Assembly: GCA_937625935.1 (NCBI GenBank)
Contig: OW569354.1
Span: 523,988 to 587,987, forward strand
DNA: 64,000 bases
Origin: Tetramitus jugosus
Taxonomy: Eukaryota; Protista; Heterolobosea
Direction: 5' to 3'
This document shows positions 42,763 through 55,484 of this stretch, in pieces (within the stretch, counting starts at the first letter, position 1; each line of letters starts with the position of its first letter). The position numbers were made by a program, and so were the translations under genes. The notes beneath the pieces were generated by a model, which was not told the origin of the DNA, searched no databases, and worked only from the letters and a program-made list of their open reading frames with translations.

Positions 42763-43575
42763 TCACACGAATTCAATCTCAACAAATTGTTGAAACTTAC
42801 TTCCAACAGACAGTGGTGTTGGCATAGTGACTGTCTTCTCAGTTCTACACTCCAAGATCTGAGTTACATATTGAAAATCTCTTAATCCGACAGCAATCTT
42901 GTGCAAATGTGCCTTCACATACACGTAATATCCATGCAAGAATGATCCTTCACTTGTATTTCCTCTCGTCAACGGGCACGTGACAACCTTGTGCTGCCTG
43001 TCCAATTCAATCGAATCGAATCTAAACTCGTAATCATAGAGATCGACTGCCAAGCTCGTGTTGACAAACCTGCCACCACCAGCATTTGACGTACAGTTCG
43101 AAAAAAAGTACAGATTGGCACCATCATTCTGTGAACAATCGAGCACATTAGAGTCCTTGATCAAACAGCCATAGTTCTTGTACAGTGTTTGTGGCTTTGG
43201 TGACTCCGTATCAAACGCAATGCACTTGGGTCCATAACATCCTTGCGACGGAGGCAAACTAGGATCTGTACATGTACAATTGAACAAATTCACACCATAA
43301 AAGCATCCATAGGCTTGCATGGGCCGTTTCTTGTAAGTGACTGGAACAAGTTCACCCTTGAGTGTTGCATAATCGACTCTGACATTGTTTTTGTCCAATT
43401 GATCATGTTGTAGTCTCCTTACTGTTGTTTTTGTTGTTATTGCTCCATGGATAAGGGTGGATGACGATGATATCTGAAGAGATAGAAACACAACAACAAC
43501 ACATAGGAGAAATAAGAGTTGAGGTCGTCGTTGAATTATTGTTGTTGGTAGTATGGTCGATGATTGAAACATCAT
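42763..43575 (-). CDS. Secreted/membrane Cys-containing hypothetical protein
   Basis: Hydrophobic N-terminal segment followed by a Cys-rich globular region. Confidence 0.6.
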   Translation of the reverse strand: MMFQSSTILPTTIIQRRPQLLFLLCVVVVFLSLQISSSSTLIHGAITTKTTVRRLQHDQLDKNNVRVDYATLKGELVPVTYKKRPMQAYGCFYGVNLFNCTCTDPSLPPSQGCYGPKCIAFDTESPKPQTLYKNYGCLIKDSNVLDCSQNDGANLYFFSNCTSNAGGGRFVNTSLAVDLYDYEFRFDSIELDRQHKVVTCPLTRGNTSEGSFLHGYYVYVKAHLHKIAVGLRDFQYVTQILECRTEKTVTMPTPLSVGSKFQQFVEIEFV

Positions 43576-43771
43576 AGTTCTTGTGAGTAGGGTTGAGTTG
43601 ATGATGTGATTCTGAGTGAATCTGGAGTTTGGAATTGCGTGTTTTTTGTGTGAGAGGAAAGATAGAGAAAATTCAAGGTTGATATCCGAAAACGTGTGGA
43701 ACAACAACTGTGGTTATGAATGTATGACCGATGATGACTCTGAAAATACAATGAGTAGCTATTGTTGTTGT

Positions 43772-44330
43772 TTATTGGCATTCGACAGAACCTATTCGCT
43801 TCTCGATCAGCTCTGTGATGTATTTGTCTATTTGGCTAAGACTCAGATCTCCGTGAAGAATGAACATCATTACTTGCTCGATACTGTGAGTATATGACTC
43901 TCCATTATACCTTCTTTCGTCTGCATAAAATTGAGCCGCAGGAGGCAGTCCAAACTCACACGGTTGCATCTCTATTTTGGAGCGAATGTAGTCCCAAGCC
44001 ATCTGTTTGAGCAACTGTTGATACTCTATTTCTTCTTCTTCAGAGCGTGTCCCGTCTGCAACCTTTCTGAACCTTGATAATTTTTCATTCCCAATGGCTA
44101 ACTTGTGTTCCCATTCTCTCAAAGCTATGGAGTTGCGTACTGTTTGAAGGCGTTGCATTACTTCTTCACTCTCCTGAGAAGATACCACAGATGGAGGAGG
44201 AACAGTCTTTAGAGCTAGCCTGAACATGTGCTTTAAGAAGGGTGGGTCATTGTCCAGTAGAGTATAATAGTTTTTTGTGGCTGTGTTTCTTGTTGACGAC
44301 AACGATTGCGATCGTAATCGTGTTACCTTC
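43772..44330 (-). CDS. Hypothetical protein (5' end unresolved)
   Basis: Protein-like C-terminal part of ORF 43772..44647; the upstream part overlaps AFG1 in another frame, so the true start is unclear. Confidence 0.4.
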
Positions 44331-44393
44331 TTTGTCAATGAGGGACTTCTAGAGTATGTTCGAACATTTTCGTTGCTCCTTTTTCTGGAGGTT

Positions 44394-46088
44394 TTATTGC
44401 TGAGCAAAGATTTTCTGAGTGTGTGAACAGTTTGCTTCAACGTACTCCTTGCTCTGCATTTCCAACAAGCGAGACACTGTTCTTCGAAAAGCAAAAGATG
44501 TATTCTTGTGTGCAGCCAGTGATGCATCCAATCGACCACTGGCACTCCACTCCGTATCACTGCCACGAGCATCCTTGATATATGAAGGAGCGGTGGGTAA
44601 TGGAGATACCGAAGAGTGTACTTCTTGACTCTTGCGATCCCCGCCAATCATTTGCACAACAGAGTCTACTCCTTCGTCACTCACACAAAACAGTTCTGCA
44701 GCTGGTGTCTCTGCAGTCATAATCACAACAACATTATTCTCATACAAGATATCGATCAAAATAATAAATCGATCCATATTCTGTTTCCTATTGTTCACAT
44801 GGATATGGAACTGAGGAACATTTTGAATAAATACGGTGCGGTACTGTTTTGCTAGTCCTAGATAGTCGATTGAGCCGAGTTCACGATCACAAAGGTCACC
44901 AAAGTCGAACATGCAAGCTGTGCGCGATGATTTTGGTACCTGTATCTCTCTGAAACCATGGTACTGAACGACTTGATTCTGCTCGTACATGCCCTCAATG
45001 GCACCAATCTGCTCAAATATTCCTTCGACTCGCAACCTGTTCTGTTCATTGTTTGGCGAGAGATAAATGTGATCCATGGGTGTTTTGAGAGTGCGGTAGT
45101 CCTTTCCCGTCCCTCCCATATCACTCTCCGAGTCCACATGTTCATTCATGTTGACAACCGAGCAGTGATCTTTCAACACTTGGATAAATGGTAAAAATAA
45201 GCTACGATTGATACCATTCTTGTACAGGTCATCCGGTGGTACATTTGAAGTGGCAATCACAGTGCATCCTCTCTCAAAGAGAATGGAAAAGAGTTGTTTG
45301 AGAATCATTGCATCAGCCACATCATTCACATGATATTCATCAAAACAGAGAATGGTTGATTCAGAGGCAATTGCATGAGCTATATCAGGAATTGCATAAC
45401 CACTACTACTAACACTACTACCAGCTTTACCACTACTACTACTACTAACATTACCATTGTCATCATGCATCTTGTTTTTGTTCTTTTTTGTTGCTAATCT
45501 CCATTGATGCATACGTGAGTGAACATTGAGCATGAATGAATGAAAGTGTGTTCTTTGAATGGACAGTGGTTGTCGTTGTTTCTCAGCATGTTCACCTACT
45601 ACTACTACTGTTGCTGCAGCTTGTTTTTGATTATGTTCGACACAGCATTGATAAAACATGTTCATTAGACTCGTCTTGCCTATACCTACACCACCATACA
45701 TGTACAATCCACGTCTTGTTCTCTGTGAGTGTTGACTAGTTTTGTTGTTGTTGTTGTTATTGGATGACGCAAACTTTTCATCATCATTTGGTGAAGGTAA
45801 TGATTGTTGTTGTTGTTGTTGTGGTTGTGAGATCAATTGATGAAACAAGTGATTCAAGTGTTGAACAGTTTCAAATTGTTTCGAGTCGAATTGAATTTGA
45901 TTTTGTTGCACCATGCTTTGATACTTGGAAATGGGATCATCATGGTTGATGCTTGGAGGATGATGGTGGATAATGGTGTTGTTGTTGACGGAATCAAGTC
46001 GTAGGTGGTGAGAATGGAAGCCACGACATTTGAAATGCTTTCTGCTGAGAAGTGTTGTTGTGCGTTGGTTTTTGAAAAGCGCTAGCAT
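44394..46088 (-). CDS. AFG1: Mitochondrial AFG1/LACE1 (ZapE-family) ATPase
   Basis: GLYMYGGVGIGKT, HFHSFM, LCFDEYHV.D.ADAMIL, ATSN..PDDLY, FAFRRTVSRLLEM; presequence-like N-terminus. Confidence 0.92.
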   Translation of the reverse strand: MLALFKNQRTTTLLSRKHFKCRGFHSHHLRLDSVNNNTIIHHHPPSINHDDPISKYQSMVQQNQIQFDSKQFETVQHLNHLFHQLISQPQQQQQQSLPSPNDDEKFASSNNNNNNKTSQHSQRTRRGLYMYGGVGIGKTSLMNMFYQCCVEHNQKQAAATVVVVGEHAEKQRQPLSIQRTHFHSFMLNVHSRMHQWRLATKKNKNKMHDDNGNVSSSSSGKAGSSVSSSGYAIPDIAHAIASESTILCFDEYHVNDVADAMILKQLFSILFERGCTVIATSNVPPDDLYKNGINRSLFLPFIQVLKDHCSVVNMNEHVDSESDMGGTGKDYRTLKTPMDHIYLSPNNEQNRLRVEGIFEQIGAIEGMYEQNQVVQYHGFREIQVPKSSRTACMFDFGDLCDRELGSIDYLGLAKQYRTVFIQNVPQFHIHVNNRKQNMDRFIILIDILYENNVVVIMTAETPAAELFCVSDEGVDSVVQMIGGDRKSQEVHSSVSPLPTAPSYIKDARGSDTEWSASGRLDASLAAHKNTSFAFRRTVSRLLEMQSKEYVEANCSHTQKIFAQQ

Positions 46089-46786
46089 GGTTTGGTCGGA
46101 GAAGAAGGAGTTTTGGCTCACTTTGAAGTGGGTATTGATCAATTGAACATTCTGACTCGATCGAACAGACAGTGTTTTTGCTGTTGGTCAATTTAACAGT
46201 GTTTATCCCTAGCAATTCGCACAACTTGCTTTCCACATCTGAGTAATTCACTTTTTTAGTTCATGGCTGCTTCATCCTTGATGTCAGTATCCTCAAAGGT
46301 TTCTTCAAAGTTTGTTAACTCCAATCTGTGATCTAGCAACAGTCTAACATAGGTTTGCAATGAAGTTAGTGCAAAATGCATGTGCACTCTGATGATAAGG
46401 TTTTGTCATTCTTTACTCCCCCTAAACAGCTTTTCAATTTGATAAGGACTAAGGTTCTTTACTTTGTCTTTTGAGAAGACTACTACTTCGTCGTAGGGTC
46501 GTTGCTGAATTCCCATTGACCAAATAGTTCTTAGTTTTGTTTCTAGTTTGTTGGGAGTTTATCGACGATGGGTGGTATATTCATGAAAAACAGATTAAGT
46601 CGAACTGACCCAACTGATACAGCTCGTAACTGCAAAACAAACCATACATACAAGTATCCCATACAAGGTGAAGTTTTTTGTTGCTTTTTACCGAATCTAT
46701 CATGGGAGAAATATGAAGAGTTTTGGCGGCTAAAAACTTGTGAGCAGTGGAGGTAGTTGGTCAGTGTGCACACACAACAGAAACTA

Positions 46787-49495
46787 ATGAAGAAGTTAGA
46801 TTTTTCATTGCTGAACCGAGAGAGAACTAATGATGAACACAACGAAGAGCCAGAACGACATAACTCTAACGTGATTTACACTCCTAGGGGAACCATTGTG
46901 AAGTCCAATATTCCAAACTCAAGGCTCTATCGACCCAAGAGAGCTCATTCACCTATCGGTATGAATGATTCCAACTTTGATTTGAACGCTTCAATGTTGA
47001 GTCATAGGTCAATGAACAGCTTTAGCATTAATGATTATTCTGTGGTGGCTGGTACCTCCCATGAAGAAGGAGAGATGAACGAAGAACTTATGGAAGAATA
47101 CAAGGAGGAAGAACTGCTGATTCTGAGGGGGCATTTCTCTGACGGAGATGAATTGTTTCTAATTCACCACAATGCCAAGAGATACATATCTGTCAATCCA
47201 GAGAGGTTGTATCTCCGGTTTCAGCAACCAGGAACGTTCAATAGATACAGTTCAATGGTCAATCTCAAGTGTGATCTCAATGAGAAAGAAAGAAAAATTT
47301 TCTACTATGAGATCCAAGTATTGAGATGCAAGAAAGCCGCTAAAATTGTTGCGGGGTTCTGTCACAGAGACGCTTATCAATTCTTAGTACCAGGAGTGGA
47401 TGAAAATTCTGTTGGATATCACAGTGACACTGGGAAGGTCAGACATGGATCCTCAGAGTACTCTTGTCTAGACTTTGGGCAAGGAGATTTCATTGGTTGT
47501 GGTATCATGCTTCCCTCGAAACAAGTGTTCTTTACTCACAATGGAAAATTCTGTGGTAAGTCCTTCATCTTGGACCACAACAGCACAAAGAAGACATCCA
47601 AAGAGCCTCCTATTTTTGAATACATACCACAAGTTGGAATTGTAAAGTATTCTAGTGATACCGGAGGAATGCAGTTGGGTGAAGTACAGATGAGAGAGGA
47701 ACGAGGAAGGCCTCTAGACGAGAGAATAATCCGTCGTTACACCAGAGAAACCACTTCACTTACTATCGAGAACGACCACACAGTATCCCCAGTTATTTAC
47801 TCTAATTCTCCTGCCGTTTTAGAGGTTAATATTGGACAATATCCATTCACTGTTGACATTGACAGTTTGGATAGAGAGAGTTATTTCGAGCTTTCAACAT
47901 CATCCTCTATGAGAAACACTGTATCGTCAGTGACTGAGATAGATGAAGTTCAAAAGAGTATCTTGTCTGCAGTGGCCAAAGGAAAGTTTGATATGTTGGA
48001 GTCTCTTCTAAGAGAATATTCAGATGACATTAACCTTATTGAAACAAGTGATAATAGCTTCCTCTTTCATGTAGCGATAATGAACAAGAGCGAATTTGCT
48101 CCCGAGATTCTACAGATGTTGAGACAACATGGTGCTGATCCTAACCGATCATCTCTTACTCATGGGCCTCCACTACACACGGCAGTTCGATTTAACAATA
48201 TTGAGGCCGTGATATGTTTGTTAGAGCTAGGAGCAGATGTTCATGCCCAATGGAATGGCAAAACAGCAATTAACACCGTGTATAAGATCGAAAATATATG
48301 TTCTCCCAAGTCAAGCTATGATGACTCCCGTATAATAGAGTTGATTAATATTATCCGAGGAGCTGGGGGAGTACTCGATATCCATTCGGCGTCATTCATT
48401 GGAGATATTCAAGCTGTAAGGGACAGTATTGATATTCATCGAGAGTATATTGATTCCCAGGATGAACGGCGAAGGACACCATTGCATATTGCCACCCACA
48501 GAGGCCACATAGATCTGATTCAATTTTTGTTGAGTAGAGGTGCTAATCTAGATGTTGATATGTTGATTCCTTCACCCTTCATTGTAGCAGCTCTCAATTA
48601 TGATACAGATATTATCAAATCGATGGTATACAGTCGAGCTGACGTAAACAATGGCTTTATGAAGCATCATGTCCTCGAGATTCTAATGGAACATCAGAGA
48701 CAAGACTTGGAGGAAGAAGAGGATCGAAAATTGAAATACTTGACGATGAAGACCCTATGTGAGCTCGGTTCTGATCCGTGTCAATACTACAACAGACCTT
48801 CTGTCTCGGCACACATTTTCAAATGTGCTCTCCTTTTGTCAATCGAAAAGAGAGATTGGGAATCCTTTGAACTGTTTTGTAAATATGGAAGAACTATCAA
48901 AAGTATAAGAGGACCGAACGATGAATCATTGCTCCACATAATAGCGGGACAACCTTGCCCCAGGCGTCATATCCTGTTGGATATGGCGAAACAACTAATG
49001 GATATTGTTGCCATTGATATTGACCATGACACAACCGAGAATGGAAACACAATTGCTCATATTGCTTCAGCTAATGGAAACAACCATTTTCTAACACTAT
49101 TGATCAAAAACGGCGCATGTGTCAATGATTGGAATCTGGACGGGATGAGTCCTCTCATGATGGCCATCATGAACAATCACCCAGACACTGCCAGACTACT
49201 CATGAAGAAAGGTGGAGCGAAACCAAACTCTTCAAACTCAAAGGGAGAAACAGTGCTTCATCTCTTGTACAGCGATACCAGAACACTACCTTCAAAGAGG
49301 CGTTGTCTATATGAGACTGGCGACTATCCAATTCTGGACTCTGTTACGAGGCTTGCACTGGGAGAGTTCTGTATCGAAAAGCTTGGAGTGAATCCCAATA
49401 TTAGAGATAAGAGAGGCAATACTGCAAAACAGTATGCAGCATTGAATGGAATTATCAGAGAATATCCATTCAAGACGAGACACAAAGTGCTGTAG
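46787..49495 (+). CDS. SPRY/B30.2 + ankyrin-repeat protein
   Basis: SPRY ([30 protein letters not shown]) and many ankyrin repeats ([25 protein letters not shown]). Confidence 0.88.
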   Translation: MKKLDFSLLNRERTNDEHNEEPERHNSNVIYTPRGTIVKSNIPNSRLYRPKRAHSPIGMNDSNFDLNASMLSHRSMNSFSINDYSVVAGTSHEEGEMNEELMEEYKEEELLILRGHFSDGDELFLIHHNAKRYISVNPERLYLRFQQPGTFNRYSSMVNLKCDLNEKERKIFYYEIQVLRCKKAAKIVAGFCHRDAYQFLVPGVDENSVGYHSDTGKVRHGSSEYSCLDFGQGDFIGCGIMLPSKQVFFTHNGKFCGKSFILDHNSTKKTSKEPPIFEYIPQVGIVKYSSDTGGMQLGEVQMREERGRPLDERIIRRYTRETTSLTIENDHTVSPVIYSNSPAVLEVNIGQYPFTVDIDSLDRESYFELSTSSSMRNTVSSVTEIDEVQKSILSAVAKGKFDMLESLLREYSDDINLIETSDNSFLFHVAIMNKSEFAPEILQMLRQHGADPNRSSLTHGPPLHTAVRFNNIEAVICLLELGADVHAQWNGKTAINTVYKIENICSPKSSYDDSRIIELINIIRGAGGVLDIHSASFIGDIQAVRDSIDIHREYIDSQDERRRTPLHIATHRGHIDLIQFLLSRGANLDVDMLIPSPFIVAALNYDTDIIKSMVYSRADVNNGFMKHHVLEILMEHQRQDLEEEEDRKLKYLTMKTLCELGSDPCQYYNRPSVSAHIFKCALLLSIEKRDWESFELFCKYGRTIKSIRGPNDESLLHIIAGQPCPRRHILLDMAKQLMDIVAIDIDHDTTENGNTIAHIASANGNNHFLTLLIKNGACVNDWNLDGMSPLMMAIMNNHPDTARLLMKKGGAKPNSSNSKGETVLHLLYSDTRTLPSKRRCLYETGDYPILDSVTRLALGEFCIEKLGVNPNIRDKRGNTAKQYAALNGIIREYPFKTRHKVL

Positions 49496-49592
49496 TTTTT
49501 GTTCGAGAGTTTTCCCGATCGGTAAAATAGAAACGAAAAGCATTTTCACGCTCACACCAACCACACAACAAAACTCTAAAATCATACATAAA

Positions 49593-49742
49593 ATGAAGGT
49601 TGTCGCATCGCTCAAGAAAATGTGCACACAATGCCAAGTCACCAAGAGAGGCAAGAAGAAGATTTTCGTGATCTGCCCTGCTAATCCAAAACACAAGCAA
49701 CGTCAAGGAAAGAATTTGACAAAGATGTACGGAGTTTATTAA
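49593..49742 (+). CDS. MRPL36: Bacterial-type ribosomal protein bL36 (presumably mitochondrial)
   Basis: [39 protein letters not shown] with intact C-C-C-H zinc ribbon. Confidence 0.9.
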   Translation: MKVVASLKKMCTQCQVTKRGKKKIFVICPANPKHKQRQGKNLTKMYGVY

Positions 49743-50098
49743 GAAGACTGTTCCAACAACAAAAAGTTGAACCCAAAAAACCCAAATTCATCCATCCATC
49801 TCGCACATGCACATAGCTTTTTTCCACTGATAAAATTCCTCGTATTATTGTTTCCTATTGTTGCTTTTTCTTCACACAATGATCAACAACAGCCAATCAC
49901 CACATTTCTTTGTTGATGGTGCGATTCGACACCTGCATTTGTTTGCTTCGGCCCAACTTCTTTTTCGAGACATTTTCTGAATGAACTTCATCAAAAAATC
50001 AATCAACAACAAACACAAGAAGAACTCCGGGGATCTCTCAGTTCATAACAAACAAAAACACTTGTCACATTACTTAAGAGTCAGAGAAGAGAGATATC

Positions 50099-52090
50099 AT
50101 GATTTCTTCTTCACTCATTCTCAAACACTTTGATGACAACAACAACAACAGTCAACAACATCCTTTCTCCAAACGAACAACAACAATAACAACAACAACA
50201 ACGATAACAACAACTGAAAAATCTAAAGATGCACAGGATGACAACAACACAATTTGTGAAACATTCACAACAATAGGTGGAGGAATTACATTGAACGATC
50301 TACCATGTGACATGATCTACATGATATTGAGCTTTTGTTGTCATTCACCCACAACAATCATTCACTATTCGTTGATTAGTAAGAAATTTTATGAGAGTAG
50401 CAGTGATCTCATGTATGGACGATCTCTGTGGTCTCATCATCTCAGTGATCAATCCTACTCTTGTGCACTCGTATTCTTGAAGTACTTTGACTCTCGTTCA
50501 CCCATCTATGATCATCAACAACAACAACAACAACAACATACTACTAGTAGTCATACTCTGGTGAACAATAATCATATATGGAATCATGAATATGATCATG
50601 GTGGTATGGCTTCTGCTTCAGTTGTTGATCATGATTATCAAAATCATACTATTGCGCATGATGACGATAGAAATGACAATGTGGATCAATCTGATGAGGA
50701 CGATAATGATAAAAGTAATGAAAACAGCCATAGTCGACATCAAACAAAACGAACAAACACATTGTCATCATCAACATTGAACCATAGAAGAACAGATTCA
50801 TCAAGCACAATTCAACAGTCTCACTCAAATCACCACTCATTATCCTCATCATCGTCATCTCCCTTTTCGAGTAAACAAGAATATATTGACACAAAGTGGT
50901 ACGTTCATTCGCAGAGTACTCAATTGCGAGATTTCGAAAAGAGACAACACTTGTTGCATCATTGGAAGACCAAGTGTGAGAATGTGAGTTTTCATGCCAT
51001 CATTATGTGCTTGGCATTGTTTACTTTGATGAAGAGTATGGCCATACAGGGTATCATACCACTCAAATACCTCCACATTTGTTTCTATCCGTTGCATTTT
51101 ACATTTCTGATTGTGATGCAATTGTTTTTGTGGCCGTTTGTGATACGATTTCACACGACATTGTTCTCTTCATTTCGAAATCATTCGAATGTTGTGTGGA
51201 TGATGGTGAATTATTGTGCAACGAACAACTATTACAATAGTAGTAGCACGAGTAGTGGTAGTAATGGTAGTAGTAGTAGTAGTAGTAATAGATTACTGAA
51301 TATGAGTGGTAGCATTGGTGGAGTGGAAGCCATGATGAGATTGATGACGAACAGGCGATTTAACAATAGTAGTAGTAATAATTATAGTAGTAACAACAAT
51401 AACAACAACAGCAATAGTGCTTTGTTGTCAAACTATTATCATAATCATGGCAATGGTCGATTATCTAGCCTATTGGATGACATTTTCTTCGTCTTGCTGT
51501 GGTGTGGTATTTGGTTGAATGTGAAATTTTTGACGAGAAAAATGTTTTGTGTGGCCAACAGCTATGGTAATGATAGTAGTGGCAGTGTGAATCACCTGAT
51601 AGAGTACTGTGCTACGGGGAATGCGAGCTGGTTCATGATATTTTTGCCAATTATAGTCGTATCTGTGATTATAACAATATGTAGTAGTTATTCGCTTGGA
51701 ATTATTAGATTTCACCCGAGTTTACATTTACAGGTGCCTGATCTATCAGATTGCAAAATGGAGGAACTATTGTTGTTCTCTGCTGCTCCTACTGCTGTTG
51801 TTTGTTTATGTTGGGGATCTTTGTGGCTAGATGGTGTACTTGAGCATTCGATCGCATGGATTCTGATTGTACCATTGATCGAGAAGTTATTGGCAGCAGC
51901 TTTAGTACTTTATCGTAACTGGGGTGGTATTGATCATTGGTATTCCTTGATTGTGTGCGTTCTGACCTTTTCATTGGTTTGGATCGAATTTGGAGCATCA
52001 ATTGGCATGAGTTGGTTCTTGTGCATTTTGCCCATGGATTGTATGATATTGACCTTGTTGTGTTACGTCGAGTTCAATACATCCTATTAA
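50099..52090 (+). CDS. F-box + multi-pass membrane protein
   Basis: LNDLPCDMIYMILSF F-box, low-complexity linker, several C-terminal hydrophobic helices. Confidence 0.7.
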   Translation: MISSSLILKHFDDNNNNSQQHPFSKRTTTITTTTTITTTEKSKDAQDDNNTICETFTTIGGGITLNDLPCDMIYMILSFCCHSPTTIIHYSLISKKFYESSSDLMYGRSLWSHHLSDQSYSCALVFLKYFDSRSPIYDHQQQQQQQHTTSSHTLVNNNHIWNHEYDHGGMASASVVDHDYQNHTIAHDDDRNDNVDQSDEDDNDKSNENSHSRHQTKRTNTLSSSTLNHRRTDSSSTIQQSHSNHHSLSSSSSSPFSSKQEYIDTKWYVHSQSTQLRDFEKRQHLLHHWKTKCENVSFHAIIMCLALFTLMKSMAIQGIIPLKYLHICFYPLHFTFLIVMQLFLWPFVIRFHTTLFSSFRNHSNVVWMMVNYCATNNYYNSSSTSSGSNGSSSSSSNRLLNMSGSIGGVEAMMRLMTNRRFNNSSSNNYSSNNNNNNSNSALLSNYYHNHGNGRLSSLLDDIFFVLLWCGIWLNVKFLTRKMFCVANSYGNDSSGSVNHLIEYCATGNASWFMIFLPIIVVSVIITICSSYSLGIIRFHPSLHLQVPDLSDCKMEELLLFSAAPTAVVCLCWGSLWLDGVLEHSIAWILIVPLIEKLLAAALVLYRNWGGIDHWYSLIVCVLTFSLVWIEFGASIGMSWFLCILPMDCMILTLLCYVEFNTSY

Positions 52091-52768
52091 GCTGGCATGG
52101 CTGATACCAACAATGTCAAGAAGTCATTAATCCTTGATTGATACACACAATCGATTAAGCAAATGGCAATGATTCAAATTCTTTTTTCTCATTGATTAAA
52201 CCCGCAATTGTTTTCAGGGTTATTAAGACCAGTGTATTGTTGTAGATCGGTATTTCCCTCTCTTCCTCTGTTCGTACATTGTACACTTTCCGGTGCACAT
52301 TGCCCCTTCACTTCGGCCACGAACCATTTAACTCTGCCAACTACAAACGATAAGTCCGTTGCATTTCATAGACATAATGTCACAGTCTTTCAACACCGAT
52401 CACAGCTCTGTATTGTCTGGTGAATTCATTCAACCGCTTTCTCTCTTTATGGTCTTCTGTTGGTTCGCTTTCGTTGTCGTGAATAAGTGGAGGAGAGTCG
52501 TGAGGCACCTCCGTTTCACACTGTTCACATACTCTTAATTATTCTGTTACAATCCCCATCATACACATTAGGAATTCTGGATTCGTCTAGTGCAGTGGTT
52601 ACCTTTCAGGCTAACCTTCAGTCTCTCTCATTGTTGAAGCAAATATCGATACAGTTATCGGAGGCTATTCCCCGAGCTATCAACTCCTTGCACAAGGTGT
52701 CAATTGAATCATTGCCTTATTCTGCTTTGACCGAACGGATTAACTCTTACTTTTCCGATCAATATGCG

Positions 52769-53561
52769 CCAATCAAACTAACAACATACAACATTATTAA
52801 ATAAACAAGCATCGCAAGCAGTTCGGCTCTACGACATAAAATGGTTCACAGTCTGCCTTGGAGGTGTACCCAAGCCCAACATCAATTGTGGCACAAAAGT
52901 CATGCCTGAACCAATCTAATCAAACGCACAACATACAACACTATTGAATAAACAAGCAGCGCAAGCAGGACAGCTCTATGACACTTGCTCAGAAATTGCT
53001 CTGATCACTAGCGATAAGTGTACCAAGGTGATGAAGCATTGTCCATCTGACTTCGACTGAGGCTTACTTAATGGCTTGTCTAAGAACAAGGGCAAGAGGA
53101 AGCATACACAGGCCAACTAAATGAAACGCACAACATACAACTCTATTAGATAAACAAGCAGCGCAAGCAGAAAAGATAAAAGACACTGGTAACTTTAGGG
53201 CCGCGACTGGCGCAAAGTCAGACCACTGGAGCATATGTGCGCCAATCTAATCAAACTAACAACATACAACATTATTAAATAAACAAGCATCGCAAGCAGT
53301 TCGGCTCTACGACACAAAATGGTACACTGTCTGCCTTGGAGGTGTGCCCAAGACCAACATCAATTGTGGCACAAAAGTCATACCTGCGCCAATCTGATCC
53401 AATGCATAATATCAACACTATTGAATAAAGACACAACACAAGCAGCTTGGCGCTACGGCACTCCTACTCTAGTCTCGCGCCTTTGTAGGTCTGCCTAAAA
53501 GCAACATGACTTGTGGCACAAAAGCCATGCCTGAACCAATCTAATCAAACGCACAACATAC
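52769..53561. repeat. Array of six ~58-bp conserved repeats separated by 71-144-bp variable segments
   Basis: Consensus CCAATCTAATCAAACGCACAACATACAACACTATTGAATAAACAAGCAGCGCAAGCAG at 52769, 52911, 53113, 53242, 53389 and 53536 (last copy truncated). Confidence 0.9.
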
Positions 53562-55484
53562 GTTGAAAGTGTTGGAGTAGTTGCCAATAATGATCTGGTA
53601 AGGTCTGATAAACGATAAAGGTCCAATCTATCATTGAAATCCTCAATAACGATAGTATCCTTAAATCTCTCACAACAGATACTTTGAAGCTATCAACATT
53701 CTTAACACTAATGATCCTCTTCATAACTATTGTTCTGAGAGACTCTTGGATTCATACTCTATCCAGATAATAGATCAACTGATGCATCAAGAGATCTGAT
53801 AACTAGAACAAAATACCCTTTGAAGAGGTTAACCTCCGCTCTACCCTTTGAAACACTTGGGGTGATTGTGTTTTATTGTTCTCTGATAGCGAAATCTACA
53901 ATTGTTTTATTGTGGGCATTGATTCTGAACACAAGTCCAGAAGCGAGAATGACTGATTTTTTCTCACTGTCAGGTAGAACATCGTTTACGTATTTGCATT
54001 TGAAATAATACCTCTTCACACGTGTACTGTATGGGATATGAAAATAGATTTTATTTGTATGATGAATATATGCAGGAGCATCAACGACATACCCCCGTTC
54101 TGAGTTGGAAGAGAGCTACCAGTCGAGAGTCAAACAACTTTTTGTACAAAGGTCAATGCTGTTATACAATGTTGTCATCAATAGATATCAGGGAACTCAG
54201 TTCAAGCACATCAAGGTGTTAAACTAAGAAATCGGATTCGATCCATACGAAGTCATCTTTCATGTCAGCAACAACCTCCAAAACAATGGTCCACTTGATG
54301 CTAACACCATGATGAACTACACTGGTTCTGTTCTAATCCCTTGGTTACCATCAATGAACACTTGTAACTTATTAAGTTTCAAATTCCCTCTTCTTACCAC
54401 GTGAGAAACAGAGAGAACCTAGAAAGAGAAAAACACCGGTGATGGATCTGGGGATAGGATATGAAAAGAAAAGCAGTAAAGATAGTGCCTTGTCCCATTG
54501 ATTGCTAGAGCAATGAAGTGTTCATCATATGACGGAGCAGAGATGAATAACTATATATGTGGCAACTACTCAAAGTCGCACAGCTTCTTTGATTATATCG
54601 ATCATACTGACAGTTTTAGGGTATCAGAAATGAAACGTTTGATTGAAGGAGATCAACAACAATACTCAACAATTTGTCATGGACAAGCTTGTGATAATAT
54701 GTATGAATTCTATCACAAATGTCTTACAACATCATAACGATATCCTTGCTACCACTGAAAAGTCTAAAATAGAGTTCGATAAGAATACAGATAAGAATGA
54801 TCCAATAGATCAGCTATCTCATTTGTTAATAGAGGGTTTGTTATCACCTATGGTGATAACAATAGATAAAATGAGTAACATGTGGTAAATGCTATGATAG
54901 CCAGAAACTGGTTGATCCAGCTGTCGTGGGTATCAACATCAGAGAAGGACTTACTTTTACTCTAGAAATGATGATACAACTCTGTGTACATCACCAACAG
55001 AGTCTGATGGACGAATGAATTTTCACTGTTACATAGGACTGAAGAACAGCAAGGATAGCAACGAGCTATACTCATCTGCATGTACTCATTATCTATGGGA
55101 CGATGGTGTAACCATCATTAAGCTCGTCATATATAAACGAAAAGAGAGATATAAGAACATTCATAGAGAAGACAGTGCTTTATACAAATCATGGAACTGT
55201 TCATTTAGGCAGCAGTTGACGTAGTGGGTGGAGTACAGCCTGTATTGACACCATTCGGAAGAATCACTTCTTAAAACGACACTGTTTGTGATGCAAACAC
55301 TTGTACCTCGTACTGGAGACTGATCTATACTTGGATGGAAATAAGTGTATATGTACAATATATATTCTCTCATGTGGATGGTTGATCCATATGACTATGT
55401 ATCTTTGACAGCGAACGTTGATAAATATGTATGTGACACTACCCAGACTCCTCCAATGGATCAATCCCACTGTTTATTCTTGAG

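Noticed and set aside
46568-46756. Upstream ORF in frame with the SPRY-ankyrin gene across one TAG (possible readthrough or exon)
   Set aside because: The only frame-preserving GT-AG intron I found is 12 nt, which is implausible, and there is no evidence for readthrough. The ATG at 46787 is the simpler start.
52769-53561. CRISPR array
   Set aside because: Eukaryotic context, no cas genes, repeats are about 58 bp and degenerate, and spacers are long, unequal and partly homologous to each other. Kept as a repeat array instead.
53600-55260. Decayed coding sequence or transposon in the subtelomere
   Set aside because: Only short broken ORFs with no motif I can assign.
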